NCBI RefSeq assembly: GCF_006345805.1
Contig: NC_043005.1
Span: 97,526,001-97,590,000, forward strand
DNA from: Octopus sinensis
Lineage: Eukaryota
Direction of reading: 5' to 3'
Length of the DNA: 64,000 nucleotides
Within the stretch, counting starts at the first letter, position 1. Each line of letters begins with the position of its first letter. A program made the translations under genes and the position numbers. Below the pieces are notes generated by a model that was not told the DNA's origin, did no database searches, and saw nothing but the letters and a program-made list of their open reading frames with translations. This document shows positions 51,701 to 61,487 of the stretch, one piece after another.

Positions 51701-54129
51701 TCTTAGATGAATAAATGCTGTGACAGTTACTTAGAATTTGAAGACTAGGTCACACCTGACAATCTTGGTCTCACAGATGAGCTGCCATAGAATCAAGATA
51801 GAGAGGCAGTAGCTGTACTGCAGCTTGAATAAATGGATGTCAGCACTGACCTGAAGAGGACAGAGATAAAAAAGATGGTGAAGATAAAAAACTGATTTTA
51901 TGTTGAAGAAAGAAGCCGTCTTTCACATTTCTCCTACGTATATTGGCCATTGTCTCTGACAGCTTGTTGCTTCCATACTATGCAACCTCTTACATGGAAT
52001 TAATAAACAAGTCTCCCTGAAATTGCACCCGACGAGCTTAACCTTTTAACCCTACAATGTCATTCTAAAAATGAAGAATCACGTCATCAATGCTACAAGA
52101 TTAGACATAATTAATTCAAAACAATGTGAATAGATAAAGAGCAATCTGAATGCCAAAAGGGTTAAATTAGAACTCGTTGGATAATGTAGTCCTACAAAGC
52201 AATAAAAAGATAAGATGGACATGGTGGAATACCTTTGGCCAAAACTGACCTAAACAAAATCAAATTGATATTTTTTCTGTAATTTATAAAGAATGTATTT
52301 ACATCTTAATATATTTGAGAAAGTTCTGGTGAACAGGTACTTCATGGAGATAATATAATTTTAACAACATTTCTACAGGTAAAATTTCAGTCTGCCCAGT
52401 TATAAAAGAACCACTGATTATAGTTGACACTATTTAAGTGGCTGAACTATCAAATAATCATGTCTGCATCCGTTACAGAACATGACCAGGCTTCCAATTT
52501 CCCTGCTGTTTAGAGTAGATTCATTTAAAATTGTCAACATTTTGTGGTAATAGTAATTTTATCTATGTCAATAACACACAGGGATATACTGTAGAAAATA
52601 AGCAGTGTCAGTGAAAAGGATGAGATAGTTTCAAAGAGCATATCACACCTCAAATGGTTTTCCTATCATGACCCAGGCAAATATTTTCTATAAACAACGC
52701 ATAGATACATTAGCATGAGTAAAATATAAGCATTTTTACCGTCTTCTTATCTTGGCAAAGAGTAGTGTAAAAAAACCATCAACTGATTGTGGTGTTGTCA
52801 GAAGTATATTTAGAGAAGGTCACCAGATAATTTATGCAAAGTTAACTGCAGTGCAGGTGTGTAGTGCTGATGAAAGATGTTTTTTTTTAAAATAGACATT
52901 ATGTGGTAGGTGTGTGAGTGAGTCTTCAAAAACTATTACAGAGGGAAGGCGAGAAGACAGACAAAAGGAGCGAGGTAGCTAGAAGTGAAACGGAAGGAGG
53001 TGAGTTGATAACATCTACAGTGCAACATGTGACTAAGGAAAAAGAACAGATACCATGTGACCAAACAGAAAATTGCCACATGACCAACGGACTCTCAGAC
53101 AGAAACACATTCTGTCTATTTGTGATTTATGTCCAAATGGTTGTACTTTTCCTCTCTTCAGTTATACATTAAACATTAAATACATTTTGAGAGAGAGAGA
53201 GAGAAATATAAAAGTGATAGTTCATTGTTAATAAAGGGGTGTAGCAAATTTATAAATCTGCTTCTAAAAAAAAATGGTTGCAACATCAGTTCAATGAAGA
53301 GGAGGTTGCAAAACTTAAAAGAGAGGCTTATATTACTTGTCTGTTCAAATGTAGCTTTTTGATAATGTGGTTCACCCTACCCCATCAACATTATGACATT
53401 AATATAGCCAATGGATAAACAGATAGACGGAAAAAAGAAAGAAAAACAAACCAAAAAGATTACATGTACGAACAAATTTAGAATAAAGACATGAACACAA
53501 AAAAAAGTTGACTGCTGTAAAAACCTGGGGTAGAATTGATAAAAACTTAGAAAAGAGCATTAGAAAACATTGTTAATTCGTGCAGAAAAGATGATAGTAC
53601 TGCTTTTGACTTGTAATGTGAATGAATAATACATGCTTGGTAAAGAAGAAGTGTATAAGATTGTCATTGCTAATGTTTATTCTCAAGTCAACACACTGAC
53701 TGAGGTTACCATGGATGGTAGAAGTAGACCAAAGAAAATTTAGGAACAAAGTAATGAGGTTGAGAAGCAGCATGTTAATGTAGCTGCTGCTCTGTTGGCA
53801 ATAACGATAATGGTAATACTGATAATAAAAAAAAAGTAAGCAAAATACTAAAATTATTCTGAATCTAAATAAATGGACTGATCACCATTAAAACATATAT
53901 TTCCAAAAGAGCCAATAAAGTAGTCTATGTGATTTAATCTGCTAGAAATACCAACCAAATCTTCAAATTAGGACAAGTTGATTTCAAAAGGATGATGGAC
54001 GGGGATGACAAGTTGACTTATTTACTCTATGGTACACAGTACCTTGGAGTAAAAGATAGGACTGTCATGATGAATGCCAAGTCAGTCAACATAGGCTAAA
54101 CAGCAATACATTCTCCAATGGCATGTACA

Positions 54130-54171
<42 letters not shown>

Positions 54172-57100
54172 CTCAGAGTAAATGTTCAGAATATCAGTAC
54201 GAAAAGAAAAACCAGTCTATTGAGAAACATTGAACCAAGTTTCCATCAGTTGCAGGCATAATATCAAATGTCTTAACAGGATTTTATATTACAAATCTCA
54301 GCAGTTAATTCATAATTAAAAACAATAATAATAATATAAATCGAAGTTGATTATCAAAATACATATTTCCAATATATTACATTGAGGCCTAGGAAACACG
54401 TGGAAAACACACCACAATCTGGCTTATCAACTACAACACCAAGATATTTAATGATGCCTTTGTATGTTTTATTACAGAGTGATAGTAATAAATCTTAATA
54501 CAACTTATTGATTTCGAAGTGACTAGATTAATGATAGATTGCTACAGGTCTCTCATATTTGGAAATTACATTTTCTTGGAGAGATTTGAGAACAAATTTA
54601 CGTCTCAACACTATATTGACAAATTCTGCAATGAATGCTGCCAAACGTAATAAACTACTAGCTATTAATTATCATTATTTCAAGGAGGTATTACAATATA
54701 ATTTGAAAAACAATATTAAATTACAATTATAATATAATTACTGAGGGCTATGATCAGTCAGAATACAAACAAATAAAATAGATGGTTGCTAATGTATTAG
54801 TAGCAAATTTTGTGCTTGAACTATTTTAACCTTTTTGTAAATTGCAAAGCTAATGATGTTAGGATGTATCGATGTAAAAATTACAGCATGGCAAGTAATG
54901 GACATAGCTACCTGCCTGTCATGTACATGACTACTATTCTAGTGCTGATGCCAAGAGAAACCATACCTAGTACACTGTGTTGAGAGGACCCTTTAGTTTT
55001 GTCTAGAATATGACAACCTTTTAACTGCTGGTACCATGTAAAAAAAGCACCAAATGCACTCTGTAAAGTGATGGATGTTAGAAAGGGCATCCAACCAAAA
55101 ATGAAACTCTTGAATGGAATGTAATCCTCCAATTCTCAAACGTGTGTTAATTTGATCATGGTGACCCATGCTACGATGGGAAGTGAGCATAAAATGATAT
55201 GATCATAATGATAATATGGATTCTGTGTGATTTAGTGGGGTTATACTGTAACCAAAGAAAATATCAACTGAAGACATTGGTGGGGTTATGCTGTTACTAA
55301 AGGAAGCATCAACAAGAGACAGTGTAGGCATTTTTTAACGAAGAAGCACTGACTTTAAGGTATCAGGATTTAGATTGTTTGAATGCTTAGTCTCCCTATG
55401 GATACAATACAGCACTTGCTGGATGCTCTCTCAACAACTAAGCTCTGAAGAAGTTTAAAGCATGCTTAAATTTCTACAATATAAATGTTCATTTACTATT
55501 AAAGTTGTTTTTTCATTTTTGTATTGTTTCCTTTAAAAATAGATCTAGTTTATAACTCATTTACCTACACACACAGCGAAAACTGAAATGGAACACGGAA
55601 AAGATTGAAAGGAAGCAGGCAAACTACACAGAACACCTCTTGTCAGCCAAGAATACCAAAATCCAGTTTCTGCATATTTAGAGTCTGTCATATATGACCA
55701 CACACACACATGTATATAGATACATGTTTGGGTGTACAAATGGAAGTAAAAGTACTGCACGGGTTTATTTGTTTATATGAAGCAGATACATTTTTTAAAA
55801 ATTTGTTTTACCAGAACATGTATATATATATCATCATCATCATCCTCGTTTAACGTCCGCTTTCCATGCTAGCATGGGTTGGACGGTTTTGACTGAGGGC
55901 TGGCAAACCAGATGGCTGCACCAGGCTCCAGTCTTGATCTGGCAGAGTTTCTACAGCTGGATGCCCTTCCTAATGCCAACCACTCCGAGAGTGTAGTGGA
56001 TGCTTTTTACATTCCACCTGCACGGGGGCCAGTCAGGCGGTTCATTCACATCATCGTTTAACATCCATTTTCCATGCTAGCATGGGTTGGATGGTTCGAC
56101 CAGGGTCTGATCTAGCAGTGTTTCTACAGCTGGATGCCCTTCCTAACGCCAACCACTCAGAGTGTAGTGGGTGCTTTTTACGTACCAGGCGAAGCTGGCA
56201 ACAGCCACGATCGGTCGGTGCTTTTTATGTGCACTTTTCTACTCTAGGAACAAGGCCCAAAATTATGGGGGAGTGGGCCAGCCAATTAGACCAGGCAACA
56301 GTATGCCTGTTGTTAGTGGTAGGTAAAAAGAAACTGCAGGGCAACACAAGGTATGTAAAAATATTGGAATTTCGAAGCAATTGCAATCAACCACTTTTCG
56401 ATGGCACACTCAGATTCAGTAGTCATCATCATCATCATCATCATTAATGTCTGTTTTCCATGCTGGTATGGGTTGGATGGTTTGAACAGACCTGGTAAGG
56501 CCAGGGGCCATACCAAGCTCCCTTGTCCGTTCTTGTATGGTTTCTACAGCTGGAAGCCCTTCCTAATGCCAACCACTCCACAGAGTGTACAGAGTGCTCT
56601 TTATGTGACACTAGCACCAGTGCTTTTAACATGGCACCAGCACTGGTACCAATTCTGTTGTGGCAGACAGGTCTTACTTAAAAATGAAAAAATAAAAAAT
56701 TGAATTATGTTGTTTGAGCATCTTGACTTCTAAATTTCATCAACAAATTATACAAATCTACTGTTTTATAGCAGCCAATCATTTTACGCTGTATTCGTCA
56801 CAACAGGATGTGACAACACAGAAGGGGGGTACCACCTTCAGAGATTACATTAACGCTCTCCCCAATACTTGACTGGTGGCTAGTTTATTGATCCAGCAAA
56901 GTCAAACTAAGTGGAGGAAGATCTGAACATAGAATTTTATGCAAAACCACATATTTGGTTTCTGGCTCAACAAATAGATCCCTGATGTGACACCACTATA
57001 CTAATGAAGGCTGTTTATAAACAAATTTAAATATCAGCATAATGCTGTTAGCTACACAATCAGAAAGGAGGAAATGGAATCTGTTGTCAAGTATGCAGAC

Positions 57101-60100
57101 ATGAGACAGGTTGAGTTAATGGTCAATGGTCCATTATCTCCATTTCAGAACCATTGTGCTTGTCCAAGACTAGAGCTCAAACATTCAAGCAAAGAAAGAC
57201 TTCATTGATTTAGAGAGGAAACTTGCTCCTTGTCAATAGTGTACAAGTTTAACAGGAGAAATATTATGGACACTTACCTTCATTTAGTAAAATGTTTTCC
57301 CTGCTGCTGTCTTCAAGATATGTAAATTTCCTCATGGAGAAAGACATTGACCGAGATTCATTGATGTGTAAATAGACTGGGAGGTTTTCGTTGCTGTTTT
57401 GCGTGGCACTACTGCCACTGTTACTATTGGGGGAAAAGAAGGGCTGCTGGGATATGTTGTTTGATGGAGATAAAGGTTGACTGGTAGATTCCACAATATT
57501 TTCTTTTGTATCAGAGTCACTGGTAGCATTGCAATAGCACTTAGAGTGGTGACTGACCACACTAGAAGCAGTGCCATTCTTCTTTGAACACCGACACTCC
57601 TCCAGTACATTCAGTTTGGAACTACGCTGAAAAACTGTAGGGGGCGGTGCTGGTGGTGGCGATGTTGCATCTGACTTTGCTGTGTCCACAATGACGCAAC
57701 AACTGGAGCAGCTGTTGCGCTGCTTCACCATGCGGCACCATTTGCTATTGCTATCACTCAGTCTGGTATGAAGATCACAGCAGCTAGAAGTAGGGGGAGG
57801 TGGAGGAGGAGGAGGAGGAGAGAAGTTTGTAGCAAGATGATGGTGGTTGTGGTGGAGGTGGCTGTTGTGGAGATGGTGGTGGTGGTGGAGGTGGTGATGG
57901 TGATGACAAGAGGAGGTAGAAGTAAGAGTTCTATCACAGACAGTGCAGCAGGATTGCTTCATGCATCGGTTAGTAGAATCATCGCCACCCCCACTACTGT
58001 TATTCAGAGATGGAGGACAAGAGTTCTCACAGTTGCAGTTCCAACAGTAGCCAGAGGTCTTACTGTGTCGGCAGCAGGTGTTGGTAGTGGACTCACCGCA
58101 GCATGCTGAGCAGCAAGTGTATTGCTCCAAAGTGTCAGCATTGGATGGATTGACTGAGTGAAGTCGAGTTCTTTGGCAGCACTTTGTTACATTGCTGGCT
58201 GTTGTGCTGTTGGTTGTATTTGTGCAGCTGGTTGATGTCATGTTGTTGGTGGCTGCAGTGTTATTGGTGTTTAAACTATTGGAAACGCCTGTTATTGATA
58301 CACTAGTGCTCGATGGTTTGTTTGATTGCAATCCTTTCGGATTGTTCTTACCCCAGCAATCTTCATCCGACTCGGCAGCCGAATCGGACGAGCCTGTTGG
58401 GGATCCCCTGAAGTCATAGTATCCATTAATGAGGTGGTGGTAAGCTTCAGCTCGGTTACCACTACCATCAACCCCTGAGTTAGCTGAGGCAGGGTTGGTG
58501 CTGCCACAGCTGAATAGTCTTTTACATTCATCCACAGAGTTGCTTGCCTTGTTACACTGTGTTACAGGTTGGTTGATACGGAAGTCGAGAGCAACCAAAG
58601 AGTCACCTGTGTTAAGAACCACCATTCCGTCCATTTTGAGCTGGATTTGTGGAATAAATGCTGGAAATGGTGGAGCCAGTTCATACTTGCTGTAGATACA
58701 AAAACTGTGTTTAACACACATAACTTTCTTTTTGCGTTTTGTACCTGAAAGATAGAATGGATACAAGTTAATAAAACCAAGACATGTAACTTCCTAACTG
58801 AAATAATTTCCCATTTACAACATTTAGTTCAGGCTTTCATGCTTCTAGATTGCAAACCTGCTAGGAACTGACATTAGTTTTCATTATTCCAGTGACAAAT
58901 TATTCACCGTTTATGTATGAGTACACACCTGCACTTCAATATGGGTTCTCAAATTTGGCATAATGCACAAAAAAAGGAGGAAGGTGAGACAAAAGTATTT
59001 GTCATTTCAATTTTATTTCTTCTATAACACTGAGGCCTGTTTAAACTGTTAATATCTATTATATATATAGTGAAATGTTATGAAAGTTTTTTGAGATAAG
59101 AAATGATAGACTCACAAAATTATGTCCAGAATAATGTTTAATAAGGCACATTAGAGGAGAAAATGAATTCATGTTCATAATTAAAATAATATCCACTGAG
59201 AGTTGATAAAAGAAAAACAAACAAACTAAAAAAATAGAGTTCAGGTCCATATAGTTAGTATTGTTATGGTTATCATTTTCCTACTAACAAAAAAAAAAAA
59301 AAAAAAAACAAACACAATAATCAAACAAGTTCTCATAATGTAGCACCAGATAGGATTTGTAGAAGTCATGTTCATAAGCCACTCGATAACTGGAGACTAC
59401 AAGAATTCAAAGCAGGATACACTGAGATCCAAGCCAAACATTTTACCTGTTTTATGTTAAAACTGTCCAGATCCAACTTCTCATACCTACCCGACTCTAA
59501 AAATATATAAACACACCATTGACATTGTGAAGCTATACGATCAATCATGAGCAATTCAAAACTGTGTGAATAAATAAGAAATCTGAATGTTAAAGGGTTA
59601 AGCAATGAACTTTTGAATGCGTATTTCTTCAAGTTTCGTAGGATGAGTCAGACTGGTATGCAGTATGGTATGTTTATGTATTATTCTGTTATTTTGCCTG
59701 AGAGGTCAACATTTTGAAACCTGACTTTACTACAACATTCTTTGAAGTTTATAAGGCATTTGTAATCATCCATTCAAAATCCAATGCTGCTTAGTGAATT
59801 GTACCTCTAATTATTTACAGCTGGATGAAATGGGTATATTGAAAATTAAATGTCCTTGCTCAAAATATACAATATTAGGCACATGGTTTAAGCTTAATAA
59901 CTCGGTTTTGGTCAGCTGTAATAATAGGGTGTATAAGTTGTAACCACAAAACTGATGTATGTTTCAAAATTATTTCAAAACCACAGAAAAAGTTAAGAAT
60001 AATAACGATAATAAAAAAAAAGTTTTCATATTTATGATGCAATTAGGTTTCATAAGGTCTTTCCAAACTATGTAATTATAAAATTTATTGTATTTCTTAT

Positions 60101-61487
60101 ACACGTGTATAAATTATATACACACAGCACTGTCATCATCATCACAACCACCTTCCTCCTCACACTCTACTCTTTGTTTGCTTAGAGGTGAAGCCTGCCC
60201 AATAGCGACCACATGGTCACTGGTGTGCATGCATGCATGGCCACTGGTGAAGTTGTGCATTGTAACAGGTGAAAAGTTCTTCAGAGATATTTTGTCAATT
60301 TCAATGTATTGACTCTCAGCATCAACAGGAAGTAGAAAGGAAGAATTTGAGGGTCTATTTTCAAGACTGAAGACTGCTGCTTCCATTACAATGTTCAGTC
60401 TGTTGATGTGTTCTGAGTCCCAAATGCAACCAAGATGAACTATTGAGTCAATTAAATAAATTGACAGTGATGATGGCAGACGGATTCAATCAGCTCAGTC
60501 CTTCCTCTACAAAATAATTTAATGTCTACACATTAGATAAAATATTTGCAGCTGCAAGACAATGACTAATGAATTACTTTCAGGGAAAATTCTTTAGGGA
60601 GAGCAAGAGAAAAGTCATCATACATTTAGGTTCTTTTAAAATACCATCATGACCAAAACCATTTCCCTTTCAACCGACTTCACTAAAAGTGATACCTGTC
60701 ACTGATATTCACATACATTGTTTTTTGTAGATGTAGGGTTTTCTTTTAACAGAAAGTGAAACTACAGCCAAAAGTCAAAAGCTGGTAAATTAGAAATTGG
60801 GCCTCAGATGACCCAAGGGCAGCTGTATGGGAAAATAGACATGGAAAATAACTTTATTGTTATTGGTCTCAAACTCTTAGTTGTATTAAATATGTTATAT
60901 AATGCTTATCTTGACTTTTAAGATTAACACACAATTCTCCATTATCTGCTTAAATAAAGATTTGCATTAAAATAAAGAACCATTTTCATCAACAGTGCAA
61001 TAATAATTAGTTTTCACAACTGGTATCAGTGACTTAATGGTTGAAAAGATAACACATTGGACTACAGACTCTTCTTGCAACCACATTACTCTCATTGCCT
61101 CAGTCTGTCACACTAGCAAAATTTAGCACTTATATTTTAGAAGTAATTTGAAAGTGGCAGAAAGAGCAAACAATATTAGGGAGGAAAAAAAAACTGCCCA
61201 TCATAAAATATGCTACTGTCAAAGAGTGTGCAAACAATCACACAACACAAGCTTATAACAAAAAGAAAGAAAAAAACTGAATAAGTAAGAATTGGAAAAA
61301 AAAAGTGTTTTTGATGACAATCATGAGGATGATTATTATTACTCTGCCCCACCCCCTCCAAAAAATGTAAACATACTTACAGGAAGAATTGGATTCACTA
61401 ATATAACAATCTTTGCAAGCATTGAGAGGTGGCACTGCAGTTATAGTTATGAAACACTGGCTGCCTTCTTCTCGACTTCTTGGAACA
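38985..61487 (-). CDS. DCAF15: DDB1- and CUL4-associated factor 15, 5'-partial; complement join(61381-61487,57278-58744,46178-46278,44230-44358,40730-40821,39924-39982,39733-39793,39479-39591,38985-39040)
   Basis: Exons join in frame. Motifs ITAVPPLNACKDC, CVKHSF..SKYELAPPFP.F.PQIQLK.DG.VVLNTGDSLVA, TVCQLTLDIE..WGH...YD, YQTS...W.L.TG and LTNEAVIRGNSL match DCAF15 (recalled human sequence). Confidence 0.9.
39479..39591 (-). CDS. DCAF15: DCAF15 exon (KEWNPG...LTNEAVIR)
   Basis: gtttag|A ... G|gtaagt, 113 nt, phase 2-1. Confidence 0.9.
39733..39793 (-). CDS. DCAF15: DCAF15 exon (GNYSTFHIEDLVEVDESDLL)
   Basis: ttgtcag|GA ... AG|gtaaat, 61 nt, phase 1-2. Confidence 0.87.
39924..39982 (-). CDS. 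DCAF15: DCAF15 exon (NILKQYYQTSITFNWSLLT)
   Basis: cttcag|T ... G|gtaata, 59 nt, phase 2-1. Confidence 0.87.
40435..40700 (-). mobile_element. SINE family 1 abutting a DCAF15 donor site
   Basis: cacttgcccaaggtgccatgcagtgg...cttaccacagccacgcctgc. Confidence 0.75.
40730..40821 (-). CDS. DCAF15: DCAF15 exon (VNAESGEVLAKVFALVQARK...)
   Basis: ttttag|GTC ... AG|gtaaga, 92 nt, phase 0-2. Confidence 0.85.
42140..42470 (+). mobile_element. RTE-type LINE 3' fragment
   Basis: Degenerate RREICFGNGH and GTCGR..R.RK motifs, same family as 12590. Confidence 0.5.
43854..43992. repeat. ~33-bp inverted repeat with ~70-nt loop inside a (TA)n-flanked element
   Basis: ATATAAAATGAATTAGAGATAAAACCACTATTA versus TAATAGTAGTTTTATCTCTAATTCATATTTTATAT. 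Confidence 0.9.
44230..44358 (-). CDS. DCAF15: DCAF15 exon (SDHITVCQLTLDIE...LQLLD)
   Basis: gtccag|AGT ... GAT|gtaagt, 129 nt, phase 0-0. Confidence 0.92.
45646..45740. repeat. (AG)n microsatellite
   Basis: Directly visible. Confidence 0.95.
46178..46278 (-). CDS. DCAF15: DCAF15 exon (DDFDLAYRSILPLDVRG...DSDQ)
   Basis: cttgcag|AT ... CAA|gtgagt, 101 nt, phase 1-0. Confidence 0.85.
46807..46906. other. Assembly gap (100 N)
   Basis: Run of N flanked by repeat tails; true size unknown. Confidence 0.99.
46955..47310 (-). mobile_element. SINE family 1, full length
   Basis: Reverse complement of 31790-32160. Confidence 0.85.
47520..47925 (+). mobile_element. RTE-type LINE 3' end (GC-rich)
   Basis: LRWFGHAAR...RGGQLNTWATTIKEDL...DLAQDR*VWAAMVRDA; CAAGTAAGTAA tail. 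Confidence 0.85.
49010..50161 (+). mobile_element. R4/Dong-clade non-LTR retrotransposon relic (RLE type)
   Basis: WLKKGTLKKETESTILAVQDQAL, HDEVVKVLHWKLC, KILWDFPIQTD, PIIVGSLGTV, LQKVCLLGTARII; ends in (AAT)n. Confidence 0.82.
50163..50366 (-). mobile_element. SINE family 2
   Basis: tgaaaggtaaagttgaccttggc..tgaactcag..tctgccagct. Confidence 0.75.
50770..50880 (+). mobile_element. Possible piggyBac transposase C-terminal Cys-rich remnant
   Basis: WLCSKCEKELCLVRAN peptide only; short and decayed. Confidence 0.3.
51174..51381 (+). mobile_element. piggyBac-type MITE (TTAA-CCCTTT...AAAG(T/G)G-TTAA)
   Basis: TTAA at both ends, short TIR; further copies at 52038-52165 and about 59435-59601 in the opposite orientation. 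Confidence 0.75.
52038..52165 (-). mobile_element. piggyBac-type MITE, internally deleted
   Basis: Ends TCTGAATGCCAAAAGGGTTAA; reverse complement of the 51174 copy. Confidence 0.7.
55831..56650 (-). mobile_element. Three tandem copies of repeat family 3 (about 55831, 56048, 56422)
   Basis: Each begins with (CAT)n and carries ttccatgct.g.atgggttgga and tttctacagctgga.gcccttcctaa. Confidence 0.85.
57278..58744 (-). CDS. DCAF15: DCAF15 giant exon, 1467 nt
   Basis: ctttcag|GT ... G|gtaagt, phase 1-1, inside the 500-aa ORF 57264-58766. Confidence 0.9.
59435..59601 (-). mobile_element. piggyBac-type MITE copy
   Basis: Ends AATCTGAATGTTAAAGGGTTAA. Confidence 0.65.
61381..61487 (-). CDS. DCAF15: DCAF15 exon (VPRSREEGSQCFITITAVPPLNACKDC...)
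   Basis: minus strand tctttag|T ... T|gtaagt, 107 nt, phase 2-1; first CxxC of the zinc site. Confidence 0.88.

Noticed and set aside
52918-53172. Charged ORF antisense to the DCAF15 intron
   Set aside because: No ATG at the start, no clear splice sites, purine-rich composition sufficient to explain it
55225-55480. CTGAAGA followed by stems (hammerhead candidates) and a two-copy ~46-bp repeat
   Set aside because: No GAAA/UH core in the right position
57332-58780. Antisense and alternative-frame ORFs within the DCAF15 giant exon
   Set aside because: Shadows of low-complexity codons
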